From contig CAVWHX010000004.1 of NCBI GenBank assembly GCA_963754925.1, positions 480,001-544,000 on the forward strand: 64,000 nucleotides of DNA, written 5' to 3'. Below, one piece after another: positions 10,101-19,033 of the stretch. Both the position numbers and the translations under genes were made by a program. Numbering within the stretch: position 1 is the first letter of the stretch; each line of letters opens with the position of its first letter. The stretch comes from an uncultured delta proteobacterium (GTDB lineage: Bacteria > Myxococcota > B64-G9). The notes below the pieces were generated by a model, which did not search any database, was not told where the DNA came from, and saw nothing but the letters and a program-made list of their open reading frames with translations.

Positions 10101-10808
10101 AACGAGGACTATTTCGGTTATTACATTCCTCCCGAAGAAAAATTGCTGAAAAAATGGGGAAGCCTGTTCGCCATCTCCGACGGGGTCGGGGGAAATGCCG
10201 CGGGAGAAGTCGCCAGCGCCGAAGCGGTCAACGTCTTGCTGCAAGAATATTACTTCGGAGATCATTCTGATAACGCTCCGGACCGGCTGAAAAACGTGTT
10301 CCGCCATACCGCGTTACATATTTACGATTTATCAATAAGCCATCAAACCGCGCGTAATATGAAATGCACCCTGTCCACCCTTCTGGTGAAACATAACCGT
10401 TTTTTTATAACACACGTGGGCGATTCGAAAATAATGCTGTTGCGGAATAATAAGATAACCCAATTGACCAAGGACCACAATTTTGTCGCACAAATGATGC
10501 GCATGGGACTGATAACGCCGGAGGAAGCACGCACCCATCCCAATAAAAACGTATTGTTGAAAGCCGTCGGGGACGGGCCCCTGCTGGTCCCCGATTTTTA
10601 TTCCGGATTTGTCACTCCCGGCGATCTGTTCTGTCTGATCACCGATGGCATGTTGGAGCACGTGACGGCCGAGGAATTCAACTCGTTTATTCTGGAAAAC
10701 GGTCCAACGGAAAAGGGACTATCCAAGTTAATAACCGAGCTCAACCGGCGCGGCGGTCACGACAATATGACGGTAATGACGGTCAAGGTGAATAAAGTGC
10801 TGGGATGA
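9912..10808 (+). CDS. PP2C-family Ser/Thr phosphatase
   Basis: SDKGCVRTNNED, SDGVGG, HVGDS, QLTKDH, TDGM, GGHDNMT; second in-frame start at 10014. Confidence 0.93.
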   Translation: MMSLPATDDFRSSPFWISGSSDKGCVRTNLEEQPMTSLRVTEDFTSSPLQVSGLSDKGCVRTNNEDYFGYYIPPEEKLLKKWGSLFAISDGVGGNAAGEVASAEAVNVLLQEYYFGDHSDNAPDRLKNVFRHTALHIYDLSISHQTARNMKCTLSTLLVKHNRFFITHVGDSKIMLLRNNKITQLTKDHNFVAQMMRMGLITPEEARTHPNKNVLLKAVGDGPLLVPDFYSGFVTPGDLFCLITDGMLEHVTAEEFNSFILENGPTEKGLSKLITELNRRGGHDNMTVMTVKVNKVLG

Positions 10809-10890
10809 GCGTATCGTAACATCAGGTTGACAGGCTCTATCGAGGTGGTGTAGTTGGTAGTTCATGATGAAAAAGAAGGGCAGCGATACC

Positions 10891-11229
10891 ATGACTAAGA
10901 TTGAATGCATCGTCCGGCCAAATAAAATTTTGGACGTGAAAAATTCCTTAAGTAAGTTCGGGATCAAGGGAATGACCGTCACCGAGGTAATCGGATGCGG
11001 TCTGCAAAAAGGCCGCGTGGAAGATAACTGGAACACGGAATTGAATATCAATCTGCTCCCCAAAACAAAAGTTGAGATGGTTGTTCCGGATGAAATGGTT
11101 GACGAAGTCATCCAGTCAATTATTAAAATTTGTCGCACCGGCGAGATCGGCGACGGTAAAATATTCACCTACCCCATCGGCAACGCCATAAGAATTCGCA
11201 CCGGCGAAACGGGGGACAAAGCCATTTAG
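10891..11229 (+). CDS. P-II nitrogen regulatory protein (GlnB/GlnK family), atypical T-loop
   Basis: 112 aa; IVRP, GMTVTEV, QKG, LLPK, TGEIGDGKIF, RIRTGE. Confidence 0.95.
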   Translation: MTKIECIVRPNKILDVKNSLSKFGIKGMTVTEVIGCGLQKGRVEDNWNTELNINLLPKTKVEMVVPDEMVDEVIQSIIKICRTGEIGDGKIFTYPIGNAIRIRTGETGDKAI

Positions 11230-12191
11230 CGGTTCCTGAGGAAAACCAGCAAAAGAGTCAGGATTATGGCGGCCGCCACCGAGATGCCGAATATAAGCCA
11301 ATGGTTGCGCTTTGTGGGAAGAAAGGCTACCAGGGGCGGATCGGGTATGTCAGCCCATTTGACATCGACATTTTCAGGGTGCCGCAAATCCTCGGCCATT
11401 TCGTGTGCTGACGTATAGCGTTCTTCTTTGCGCCGCCGCAGAGCCCGCCGAATGGCGGCCCAGATCCCCGGATGCAATTCAGGCACTATCGCGGTTAGGG
11501 GCTTGGGATCATCCGTTACGTGCTGATACATGACGGTCAGGGGATTATCACCCGTAAAAGGCGGTGTGCCAGACAACAGGTGATAGATGAGGCAACCCAC
11601 TGCATAGATATCGCTGCTGGCCCCCCCGCGTTCTCCTTTGATCTGTTCGGGCGCCATGTATTCGGGAGTTCCTATGAGGCCGGAAAAGCCCCGCCAGGTC
11701 ACCCGCGGCGCGCCTTCCATAATGGCGATGCCGAAATCAATGATTTTCAAATGGCCGTCAGGGGCGAGCAACAGGTTTTCCGGCTTCAGATCGCGATGAT
11801 ACACTCCTTTCTGGTGGCAGTAATACAAGGCATCCAGGAGATTCGTTACCATGACGATCGTTTGATCGATGGGGAATCGACCTTTTTCTTTCAGGATTTT
11901 CGCCAGCAATTCGCCTTCAAAATATTTTATCACCAAATAGGGCGGGCTTCCCTCAGAAAGCTCCAGGGTGGATGGCAGATCGGGGTGGTCCAACAACTTG
12001 CCGATAGCCATTTCACGTCTGAATCGTTCATAAATGGCCGGGTCGCCTAATTTGGAAAGATCGGGAATCTTGATGACGACTTTGCTGTTGGACCGTATGT
12101 CCTCCGCCAGAAACGCGCCCGCAAACCCCCCGGAGCCCAGGGACCTAATCAGCCGGTATTTGTCTTCGAAAATCGACCCGATTTCCAGCAT
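11226..12191 (-). CDS. Hanks-type Ser/Thr kinase with C-terminal TM anchor
   Basis: GSGGFA, VIK, HRDLKPEN, DFG, GTPEYMAPE; hydrophobic tail; stop overlaps the PII stop. Confidence 0.93.
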   Translation of the reverse strand: MLEIGSIFEDKYRLIRSLGSGGFAGAFLAEDIRSNSKVVIKIPDLSKLGDPAIYERFRREMAIGKLLDHPDLPSTLELSEGSPPYLVIKYFEGELLAKILKEKGRFPIDQTIVMVTNLLDALYYCHQKGVYHRDLKPENLLLAPDGHLKIIDFGIAIMEGAPRVTWRGFSGLIGTPEYMAPEQIKGERGGASSDIYAVGCLIYHLLSGTPPFTGDNPLTVMYQHVTDDPKPLTAIVPELHPGIWAAIRRALRRRKEERYTSAHEMAEDLRHPENVDVKWADIPDPPLVAFLPTKRNHWLIFGISVAAAIILTLLLVFLRNR

Positions 12192-12262
12192 GGTAATCGC
12201 ATTCCTCTAAATAGGTATTATTAATGTTATCCGGAAAAAACGTCAATGATAGTATTTTGCAT

Positions 12263-12306
12263 ATCGCGTTCGGTGAATTCGAGCGAGGCGCCTTCAGCAG
12301 GCAGCC
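12263..12306 (+). repeat. Direct repeat copy 2 (decayed pirin 3' end), att-like
   Basis: ATCGCGTTCGGTGAATTCGAGCGAGGCGCCTTCAGCAGGCAGCC versus 2463-2506. Confidence 0.85.
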
Positions 12307-12344
12307 CACGCGTCAACCTTCACCTTACAACAACCCGCTCCGTG

Positions 12345-13247
12345 CTACTGCCGCGTGAGGGTAAATGTCCAATCGCATTCCTGAGGGCCGCACGCTTGAT
12401 CATCGAGATAGGTCTCCTCACAAGCGCTGACACTGAATATACTCAGTTGCCCGGACGCCGATGAACAGTCTTCGTTCGGAATGATTCCTGCCCACTCTGA
12501 TTTTGAAGGACAACTAGGGTCACTAGGAGAGATGTTTATTGCCAATATTTGGTCTTGCTTGTCCCAGATGCTGGGAATAGTGCTCATGGACCAGGCCGTG
12601 CAGATCCCCGATGAGTTTAAGAGCGGTGCTACGCCATACGTCGTAAAACTGAGAATGTAGTTTTCGTCCGGGGTTTCCGCCACCACGGCATACGATGTTA
12701 AATCAGAATTACAGTAGGAATTGTAACCTATATCAGCGTACCAAATGCCCACCGGGCAGGACATTCCCGCGGGCGTTGCGGTCACGATGCTTGCATCGGT
12801 AGGCGCCTTCGCCAGCGCTACTCCGGTTGTAAGATCAACCATTATAGCGCCGAGGTCCTGGGCACCCCTGACAGAAACTATCTGACCCTTCTGGGTTCCT
12901 TCCGCATCCGTGAAAATAACCGTGGCCACGCTCGCGCCGAGGCTATCCAGGATGAAGCACTCCAGGGCACCGCTGCCGACCTCAAGTTTCAGGCTCACCA
13001 CGCCATCGGCCCCGGATGCGCCCTGTGCGTCCACCGCAGGATGGGTGAAGGTTATGCAATACAGTTGGTAGTCAACCAGTGGACTGAAAGGCCCTGAAGA
13101 ATTCCCCGTGGCCGCCCCCGAATACAACGTAGCGGAGAGAGTTATCGGCACCTGGCTGACGTCTCCTGATCCGCAATCCACTGCCATAAGAGCGCTCGTC
13201 ATTACCATCACTGAAACCGAAAAAAGTGAGCTGCGGTAATCAACCAT
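12345..13247 (-). CDS. Cys-rich exported protein / lipoprotein of unknown function
   Basis: Hydrophobic N-terminus ending AVDC-GSG; many Cys; start chosen at MVDYR. Confidence 0.6.
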   Translation of the reverse strand: MVDYRSSLFSVSVMVMTSALMAVDCGSGDVSQVPITLSATLYSGAATGNSSGPFSPLVDYQLYCITFTHPAVDAQGASGADGVVSLKLEVGSGALECFILDSLGASVATVIFTDAEGTQKGQIVSVRGAQDLGAIMVDLTTGVALAKAPTDASIVTATPAGMSCPVGIWYADIGYNSYCNSDLTSYAVVAETPDENYILSFTTYGVAPLLNSSGICTAWSMSTIPSIWDKQDQILAINISPSDPSCPSKSEWAGIIPNEDCSSASGQLSIFSVSACEETYLDDQACGPQECDWTFTLTRQ

Positions 13248-13452
13248 TTTCAAACCCTTTCTTGGCGGTCTTTGGAACACGGCGTTGCTGCGCAGAAGGT
13301 TTTCGGCGAAGAACTGAGGCCGTTTGACCGTTGCTCGATCGTCAATAAAAATAGAACTAGTTATTCATCAGGTCAATCCAAAGTTCACGGTAGCCTGAAC
13401 TGTGCTTGACAGCGAGGCAGGCGGACGGTAAAGGGCACATCAGGAGGAGCGG

Positions 13453-13833
13453 ATGAATATTCCATTAGACTTTGATAAACAAGGCGGCCTCGTCCCCGCG
13501 GTCGTCCAGGACTATCGCACGGGCGAAGTCTTGATGCTTGGCTACATGAATCGGGAGGCTTTCGAGGAAACCGTGGCGACCGGCCGCGCCTGCTACTACA
13601 GCCGTTCGCGCAAGAAGCTCTGGCGCAAGGGCGAGGAATCGCATAATGCCCAGAACGTGCGCGAAATCCGCGTCGATTGCGATCGCGATACGGTGCTGCT
13701 CAAGGTCGAACAGGTCGGCGGCGCCGCCTGCCATGAAGGCTATCGCTCGTGTTTTTTTACCAAAGTAGAGGGCGGCACATTAACCATCGATTGCGAGCGG
13801 GTGTTTGACCCTCGGGAGGTGTACAAAAAATGA
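13453..13833 (+). CDS. hisI: Phosphoribosyl-AMP cyclohydrolase
   Basis: [38 protein letters not shown]. Confidence 0.95.
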   Translation: MNIPLDFDKQGGLVPAVVQDYRTGEVLMLGYMNREAFEETVATGRACYYSRSRKKLWRKGEESHNAQNVREIRVDCDRDTVLLKVEQVGGAACHEGYRSCFFTKVEGGTLTIDCERVFDPREVYKK

Positions 13834-14708
13834 GTCTCATTCGCTTGGCCATACCCAAGGGCAGCCTGCAGCAGGCCACGATTGATCTCTTCAAGGACGC
13901 CGGTTGGCGCATCGTGCCATCCTCCCGGAGCTACTTTCCATCTATCGACGACCCGGAGATCGAATGCGCCTTGGTTCGGGCCCAAGAGATATCGCGCTAC
14001 GTTGAAAGCGGCTTGTTCGACATGGCGCTCACCGGCCTGGATTGGATTCTCGAAAACGAAAGCGATGTCGTCGAAGTGGCCGACCTGGTCTACTCTAAGT
14101 CCACGGCCGGGCCTGCGCGTTGGGTTATCGCGGTACCGGAAACCTCGACCATCAAGACCATTCACGATCTCGATGGCAAGAAGATTGCTACCGAGCTGGT
14201 GAACTTCACGCGCAAATTCTTCAAAAAAAACAAGATTCAAGTGGAAGTGGAGTTCTCATGGGGCGCCACCGAGGCCAAGGCGGTGGATGGCCTGGTAGAC
14301 GCCATCGTTGAAGTGACCGAAACCGGCTCCACCATCAAGGCGCACAATCTCAAAATCATCCACGAGCTTTTGGTAACCAACACAAAACTCATCGCCAACA
14401 AAAAATCCTGGGCCAATTCTTTGAAGCGCGCAAAGATTGAGCAAGTGTCCTTGATGTTGAAGTCAGCGCTGCACGCCGCCGAAATGACCGGTCTCAAAAT
14501 GAACGTCCCCAAGGACAAGCTCGAAAAGGTCATCGCGATGCTGCCGTCCATTACCTCGCCGACGACTTCTCCGTTGCATGATCCAAATTGGTTCTCGTTG
14601 GAAACGATCATACCGGAGACACAGGCTCGCGATCTGATCCCCAAACTGCTGCGCGTCGGCGCCACCGGCATCATCGAGTACGCACTTAAAAAGGTTATTA
14701 ATCGATAA
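13830..14708 (+). CDS. hisG: ATP phosphoribosyltransferase (long form)
   Basis: [31 protein letters not shown]-terminal regulatory domain; ATGA overlap with hisI. Confidence 0.95.
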   Translation: MSLIRLAIPKGSLQQATIDLFKDAGWRIVPSSRSYFPSIDDPEIECALVRAQEISRYVESGLFDMALTGLDWILENESDVVEVADLVYSKSTAGPARWVIAVPETSTIKTIHDLDGKKIATELVNFTRKFFKKNKIQVEVEFSWGATEAKAVDGLVDAIVEVTETGSTIKAHNLKIIHELLVTNTKLIANKKSWANSLKRAKIEQVSLMLKSALHAAEMTGLKMNVPKDKLEKVIAMLPSITSPTTSPLHDPNWFSLETIIPETQARDLIPKLLRVGATGIIEYALKKVINR

Positions 14709-14737
14709 GTGGTAGTCCTTCAGAAAAAGTTCACTTG

Positions 14738-14859
14738 GGGTCCTGTCGGCTGCGGCACTCTTTCGGCTGTCCTCGTTCACCGGCTGCGGGTGACGATGGT
14801 CGAAGGCCTTGCCGCGCGCAGCAAAAGCGAGCACGGCGAGGTGACCGTCGGCAGGACCC
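14738..14859 (+). ncRNA. Candidate structured RNA/DNA element (three-way junction), family not recognised
   Basis: Closing stem GGGTCCTGTCGGC/GTCGGCAGGACCC plus inner arms 14762-14804 and 14807-14841; several G-U pairs form only on the + strand. Confidence 0.4.
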
Positions 14860-14868
14860 GCAGCCAAA

Positions 14869-14921
14869 CCCCTAACGGGATAAGAGACCGTAAGCTCACT
14901 GCGTTCGCTAACGGGCTCTAA
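14869..14921 (+). repeat. 53-bp REP-like hairpin element, single copy
   Basis: CCCCTAACGGGATAAGAGACCGTAAGCTCACTGCGTTCGCTAACGGGCTCTAA; same family as 27062-27221 and 32010. Confidence 0.85.
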
Positions 14922-15027
14922 CCGCACGCAGCCTGTGCCCTGCGGGCAGGCGAAAGAGGACTCGCCTCCGCCGCCACCCCTCGTTCACCTTCACTCAAGT
15001 TACGGCATGCGTTATTTGTTAGGGACG

Positions 15028-15062
15028 TTGACCTACCGCCCAGTCCCCGCTAGGATGTTGGT
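15028..15062 (+). promoter_or_regulatory. Sigma70-like promoter directly before the kinase ATG (leaderless candidate)
   Basis: TTGACC-17bp-TAGGAT-6nt-ATG; no clear SD. Confidence 0.55.
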
Positions 15063-16367
15063 ATGTCTCCCACGAGTGTTCACAACTGCGAGATCGTCGG
15101 CCAGATCGCCACCGGCGGAATGGCGATCATATACAAGGCGGTCCAGAATTCCCTCAACCGGCCCGTCGCGATCAAAGAGCTCAAGCCCGAGTTCGCCGGT
15201 GACGCCCAACTCGTCGCTCGTTTCATCCGCGAAAGCAACCTGCTCGCCAAGTTGCAGCACGAGAACATCGTCCAGATCTACGACTTCATCCACGAGGGCG
15301 ACACCTTTTGGATGGTAATGGAGTACGTCGAGGGCATCGACCTCTCCAATTTGCTCGATCAGGTTCACCACATCCCGCCCGACGTCGGTGCCTTGATCGG
15401 CCTTTCGGTCTGCCAGGCGCTCGAATACGCCCACTACCGCGGGATCATCCATCGCGACATCAAACCCGCCAATATTCTGATCTCGCACAAGGGCGAGGTT
15501 AAGCTGATGGACTTCGGGATCGCCCGCGACGAGGCGCTCGGCGACTTCACCCGCCCCGGCATCTCCATGGGTACCCCGACCTACATGTCCCCTGAACAGG
15601 TGCTCGGGCTTAAGCTCGACTTCCGTTCCGACATGTTTTCTTTCGGGATCGTGCTCTACCAGATGCTCACCGGCTTCAAGCCGTTTTCCGAAAGCGGCAA
15701 CAAGAGCATTATGCATAAGATCCTGCTGACTGAATTCATCCGTCCGCGCAAACTCAACCCCAACATTCCGCGTCAGCTCGAAGCCATCATCCTGCGCTGC
15801 CTGGCCCGCGAACCAGCCAAGCGTTTCAGCAGCACCGGCGTCCTGCGCCAGGAGATCGAGCGCTATGTCGGCTCAAAGATAAACCTCAATTACTCCGGCC
15901 GGCTGGTTACGTACCTATACCACCAGGGCGTGGTCGGCCGAGAGGTGGCAGAAAATTTCGTCGCGCCGGCAGTGCTCGGAGACGAGAAGCTCATTCGCGC
16001 CGACCAGAATCTTCCGGCAGCGCTGTCGCTGCGGAAGGTGGCCGTGGTCCAGGGCGCCTTGGGAGCGATTCTCCTGATATGGATCTTGACGGCGCACCTT
16101 ACCACCAGTCAGTCAACCTCGGGATTCGAGACCATCGTGGCGCCGCCGCCGCCCGGCCTACTCACCGTGGTGGCGAACCCGTGGGCGGAGATTTTTATTG
16201 ATGGCGCCTACGCGGAGACCACGCCGCTCGCGCGCAGTTTCGAACTGACGCCCGGCGTGCATCGGGTGATGTTGAAGAACCCGTACTTCCAGTCCACATT
16301 TAGAAAGGTGTTAATTGAATCCACCCGGCTTAAAAAGCTGAGGGTGCAACTGGTGCCGAAGAAATGA
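15063..16367 (+). CDS. Membrane Ser/Thr kinase with C-terminal PEGA-like domain
   Basis: GGMA, VAIKE, HRDIKPAN, DFG, GTPTYMSPE; TM; ANPWAEIFIDG...TTP. Confidence 0.92.
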   Translation: MSPTSVHNCEIVGQIATGGMAIIYKAVQNSLNRPVAIKELKPEFAGDAQLVARFIRESNLLAKLQHENIVQIYDFIHEGDTFWMVMEYVEGIDLSNLLDQVHHIPPDVGALIGLSVCQALEYAHYRGIIHRDIKPANILISHKGEVKLMDFGIARDEALGDFTRPGISMGTPTYMSPEQVLGLKLDFRSDMFSFGIVLYQMLTGFKPFSESGNKSIMHKILLTEFIRPRKLNPNIPRQLEAIILRCLAREPAKRFSSTGVLRQEIERYVGSKINLNYSGRLVTYLYHQGVVGREVAENFVAPAVLGDEKLIRADQNLPAALSLRKVAVVQGALGAILLIWILTAHLTTSQSTSGFETIVAPPPPGLLTVVANPWAEIFIDGAYAETTPLARSFELTPGVHRVMLKNPYFQSTFRKVLIESTRLKKLRVQLVPKK

Positions 16368-16444
16368 GATAAAGCGCCGTTACGTTATACTCTCAAGAAT
16401 CTCGACCACGCTTTCAACGCACGGTCATTTCTTTTCAAGTTCCG

Positions 16445-17635
16445 TTAAGATCTCTTAACATTTTCTTCGGGTTCATCGATTACCACCACGGCTTGGGAAG
16501 ATTCTTCCGCCGCCTCCTGTTGAAGAAGCCCGGGTTGTTTGATGGCCGGCGTAGCTGGTTTGACCTGTAGGGGAATACTCTCTTTTCTGTGCGTTGGGAC
16601 GTCTATGATTTCCTCGGATTCCTCGGAAAGGAGCGCATCGACGCTTCGGTTCCAGTCGTTTCGAGAGTTGATCCAGGCGCGGTAGCGCTCCACGGTCCAC
16701 ATGCCCTCGTTTCCGGAGGTTTCCAAGACGGTCTGGAGTTTAAAGAATTGCCCGGTGCGGATGACGGCCTTGGCCGAGGAGGTGCCCAAGAGGATCTCGC
16801 ATTCCGGAATCTGGAGATTGTAATCAGGCCAGAAGCGAAGTTTTTGACAAACCACCGCCACCAGGCAGTCGGCCAATTGAGCGCTGATGCTGGCTTGAAT
16901 ATCCGACGGAAACGCGAGGACTACTCGCTGCAAGGCCTCGGCCACCGAAGATGAGTGCACGGTCGCCAAGACCAAATGGCCGGTTTCCGCGGCGTTCAAG
17001 GTCAGGCGCATGCAGGCGGGATCGCGCATCTCGCCCACCATAATGACATCGGGGTTCTCGCGCAGGGCGTCTTGCAGTGCTTGCTCGAACGAGGGCGTGT
17101 CGCGACCCACCTCGCGCTGTCGGATAAAAGCCTTTTTGTGCCCCAACAAATACTCGATCGGGCTTTCGATGGTTATGATATGCAGGGGTTCCGTGCGATT
17201 GAGCTCCTCCAGCAAAGCCGCCATGGTCGAGGATTTGCCGCACCCGGTCGGCCCGCTTATGAGAATCAATCCGTGCGGACGTAAAACGATCTTTTTTATT
17301 TCGGGGTGGAGATTCAGCGATTCCACCGTCGGCTGAATCGCCGGCAGCAACCGCAACGCCAAACCCACGCCGCGGATGGTGGTCAAGACATTGATGCGGC
17401 AGCGTACGCCGCCAATCGTCTTGGCCAAGTCGTAGGATCGCTGTCTGAGGAAATCCTGATACGCCGCTTCGCCGAGAAGCTTTCGGACCGTGGCTTGAAG
17501 CTCGGCGGCCGAAAACGGATCGCCGCCGAGTTTGAGTTTTCCGCGGATTCGGTGCGCCGGCGGGAGGCCGGGTTCCAGATGGAGATCGGAAACTCCCATT
17601 TTCCTGGCTTGCTGGATCATATTTTCTAGGTTCAT
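16445..17635 (-). CDS. PilT/PilU family type IV pilus retraction ATPase
   Basis: [48 protein letters not shown]; true end may be 16425 (possible 1-bp deletion). Confidence 0.9.
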   Translation of the reverse strand: MNLENMIQQARKMGVSDLHLEPGLPPAHRIRGKLKLGGDPFSAAELQATVRKLLGEAAYQDFLRQRSYDLAKTIGGVRCRINVLTTIRGVGLALRLLPAIQPTVESLNLHPEIKKIVLRPHGLILISGPTGCGKSSTMAALLEELNRTEPLHIITIESPIEYLLGHKKAFIRQREVGRDTPSFEQALQDALRENPDVIMVGEMRDPACMRLTLNAAETGHLVLATVHSSSVAEALQRVVLAFPSDIQASISAQLADCLVAVVCQKLRFWPDYNLQIPECEILLGTSSAKAVIRTGQFFKLQTVLETSGNEGMWTVERYRAWINSRNDWNRSVDALLSEESEEIIDVPTHRKESIPLQVKPATPAIKQPGLLQQEAAEESSQAVVVIDEPEENVKRS

Positions 17636-17671
17636 GTGGCTACTCTCTTTTCTGAATTAACTTTGCATTGA

Positions 17672-17687
17672 AGCAATCTATATGCCG
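17672..17687 (-). promoter_or_regulatory. Sigma54 promoter of the pilT-like gene
   Basis: Minus strand CGGCATATAGATTGCT, GG-N10-GC, about 36 nt before the ATG. Confidence 0.65.
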
Positions 17688-17974
17688 GAGCGGTCAAAAG
17701 CCATCGCAGAAGTTAATTTTCTTGATCATCAAGAAAATATTACGTTTTTAGAGAAATTGATCGCATTCCGCAGATGGAAAGCACCTAGAGAATGAGCAGA
17801 TTTGCGGACAGGTTGGCGATGCTAACTAAGTAGGACTTGGCGAAAAAGACATTTTGGCAAAGAAGAGGGAAGGGTGCAAGGCAACAACTCTAAATGGATT
17901 AATGTCGTTGTTTGATCCAATCGTTAAGTGGAGCGGAAAATTTGTTTGAGAATTAAGCGAAGTCAGGATAGTCA

Positions 17975-18952
17975 ATGATGAGGATGTGTCGTAATAAAAA
18001 GCCGATTTGGACCATCAGCCTGTTGGTTGTTTTGTTCGTTGGGCATACAGCCCTGGCCGTGAAGTACAAAACGCGCCCGAATGAGAGCCTGTCTGCGGTC
18101 GCCAAGCTGCACTACGGCGATTCAAAGAAGGTCATCTACCTCATGGCCGCCAATGGCATAGCCAATCCGGACAACCTCGAGCGTGAGCGCGTGGTGTGGG
18201 TCCCCACCGTGTGGCAATATGCTCTCAAGCGCGGCGAAGATTTGGCGCAGGTCTCTGCGCGGTACCTCAAGGATCCCAAGCGCGCCGATTTCTTGATATG
18301 GATCAACCACATCGCGAACCTATCCGACATCAAGCCGGGCACCGTCCTCACCATGCCGTTTGTGCTCGCGCACCATGTTCTTCCCAATCAGTCCTGGGCT
18401 GATATCTCCCGCCAGTACTATTTCGGCGTTAAGGGGATCGCAACCATCCGTAAGTTCAACAATAAGCAGGGTGAGGTGCTTACCCCTGGAGAAACGCTCG
18501 AAATCCCCATTTTTGATCCTGAGGCGTCGACCGACAAGGTACGCGAGCGTCTCAAGCGTTTCCAAGCCGAGGCGCCTGTCTCACCTGCGGCGCCGGCAGC
18601 GGCACCAGCAGTTGCGCCCGCAGCGGCCGTCACCGCACCGCCAAAACCCGCAACCCGCACGCTTTCCGATCAGATAAACGATCTGCGCGACTTATTTGAG
18701 GACGGCGAGTACGAGCTGGCTAAGACCGCCCTCACCCGCCTCCTAGGCCAAAAACCTACCGCCCAAGAAGAGGTTCAGGCGCGCGAGTTGCTGGCCTTTT
18801 GCCTCGCGGCTCAGGATCGATATCAGGATGCAGAGCAGGAATTCGCGCACCTTTTGTTGCTCGCCCCGGAGCATACCCTCGACCCCATCACCACCTCACC
18901 CAAAATCCGGGAAATCTTTCAACGCGCCCGCCAGATACAAGAGTTGCCATAG
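17975..18952 (+). CDS. Exported LysM-repeat protein with Pro/Ala linker and TPR-like C-terminus
   Basis: Signal peptide; three LysM-like units; PAAPAAAP linker; helical end LDPITTSPKI. Confidence 0.75.
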   Translation: MMRMCRNKKPIWTISLLVVLFVGHTALAVKYKTRPNESLSAVAKLHYGDSKKVIYLMAANGIANPDNLERERVVWVPTVWQYALKRGEDLAQVSARYLKDPKRADFLIWINHIANLSDIKPGTVLTMPFVLAHHVLPNQSWADISRQYYFGVKGIATIRKFNNKQGEVLTPGETLEIPIFDPEASTDKVRERLKRFQAEAPVSPAAPAAAPAVAPAAAVTAPPKPATRTLSDQINDLRDLFEDGEYELAKTALTRLLGQKPTAQEEVQARELLAFCLAAQDRYQDAEQEFAHLLLLAPEHTLDPITTSPKIREIFQRARQIQELP

Positions 18953-19033
18953 CTTGAAACGTGTCGTAGCGTATAAAAATGATTCCGAACCCTGCGATAC
19001 ATGGTAGTATGCCGTGAGCGACCGGGGAGTTGT

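Larger units (their letters stand above)
2507..12306. mobile_element. Probable genomic island / integrated segment (~9.8 kb) at the pirin 3' end, no integrase left
   Basis: Flanked by 44-bp direct repeats exactly 9800 bp apart; abrupt shift to AT-rich sequence after the pirin stop; accessory cargo. Confidence 0.55.

Noticed and set aside
14709..14921. 70-aa ORF, or tmRNA/6S/5S/SRP RNA
   Set aside because: The ORF runs through hairpins and the repeat; no tRNA-like ends or conserved motifs of those RNAs seen
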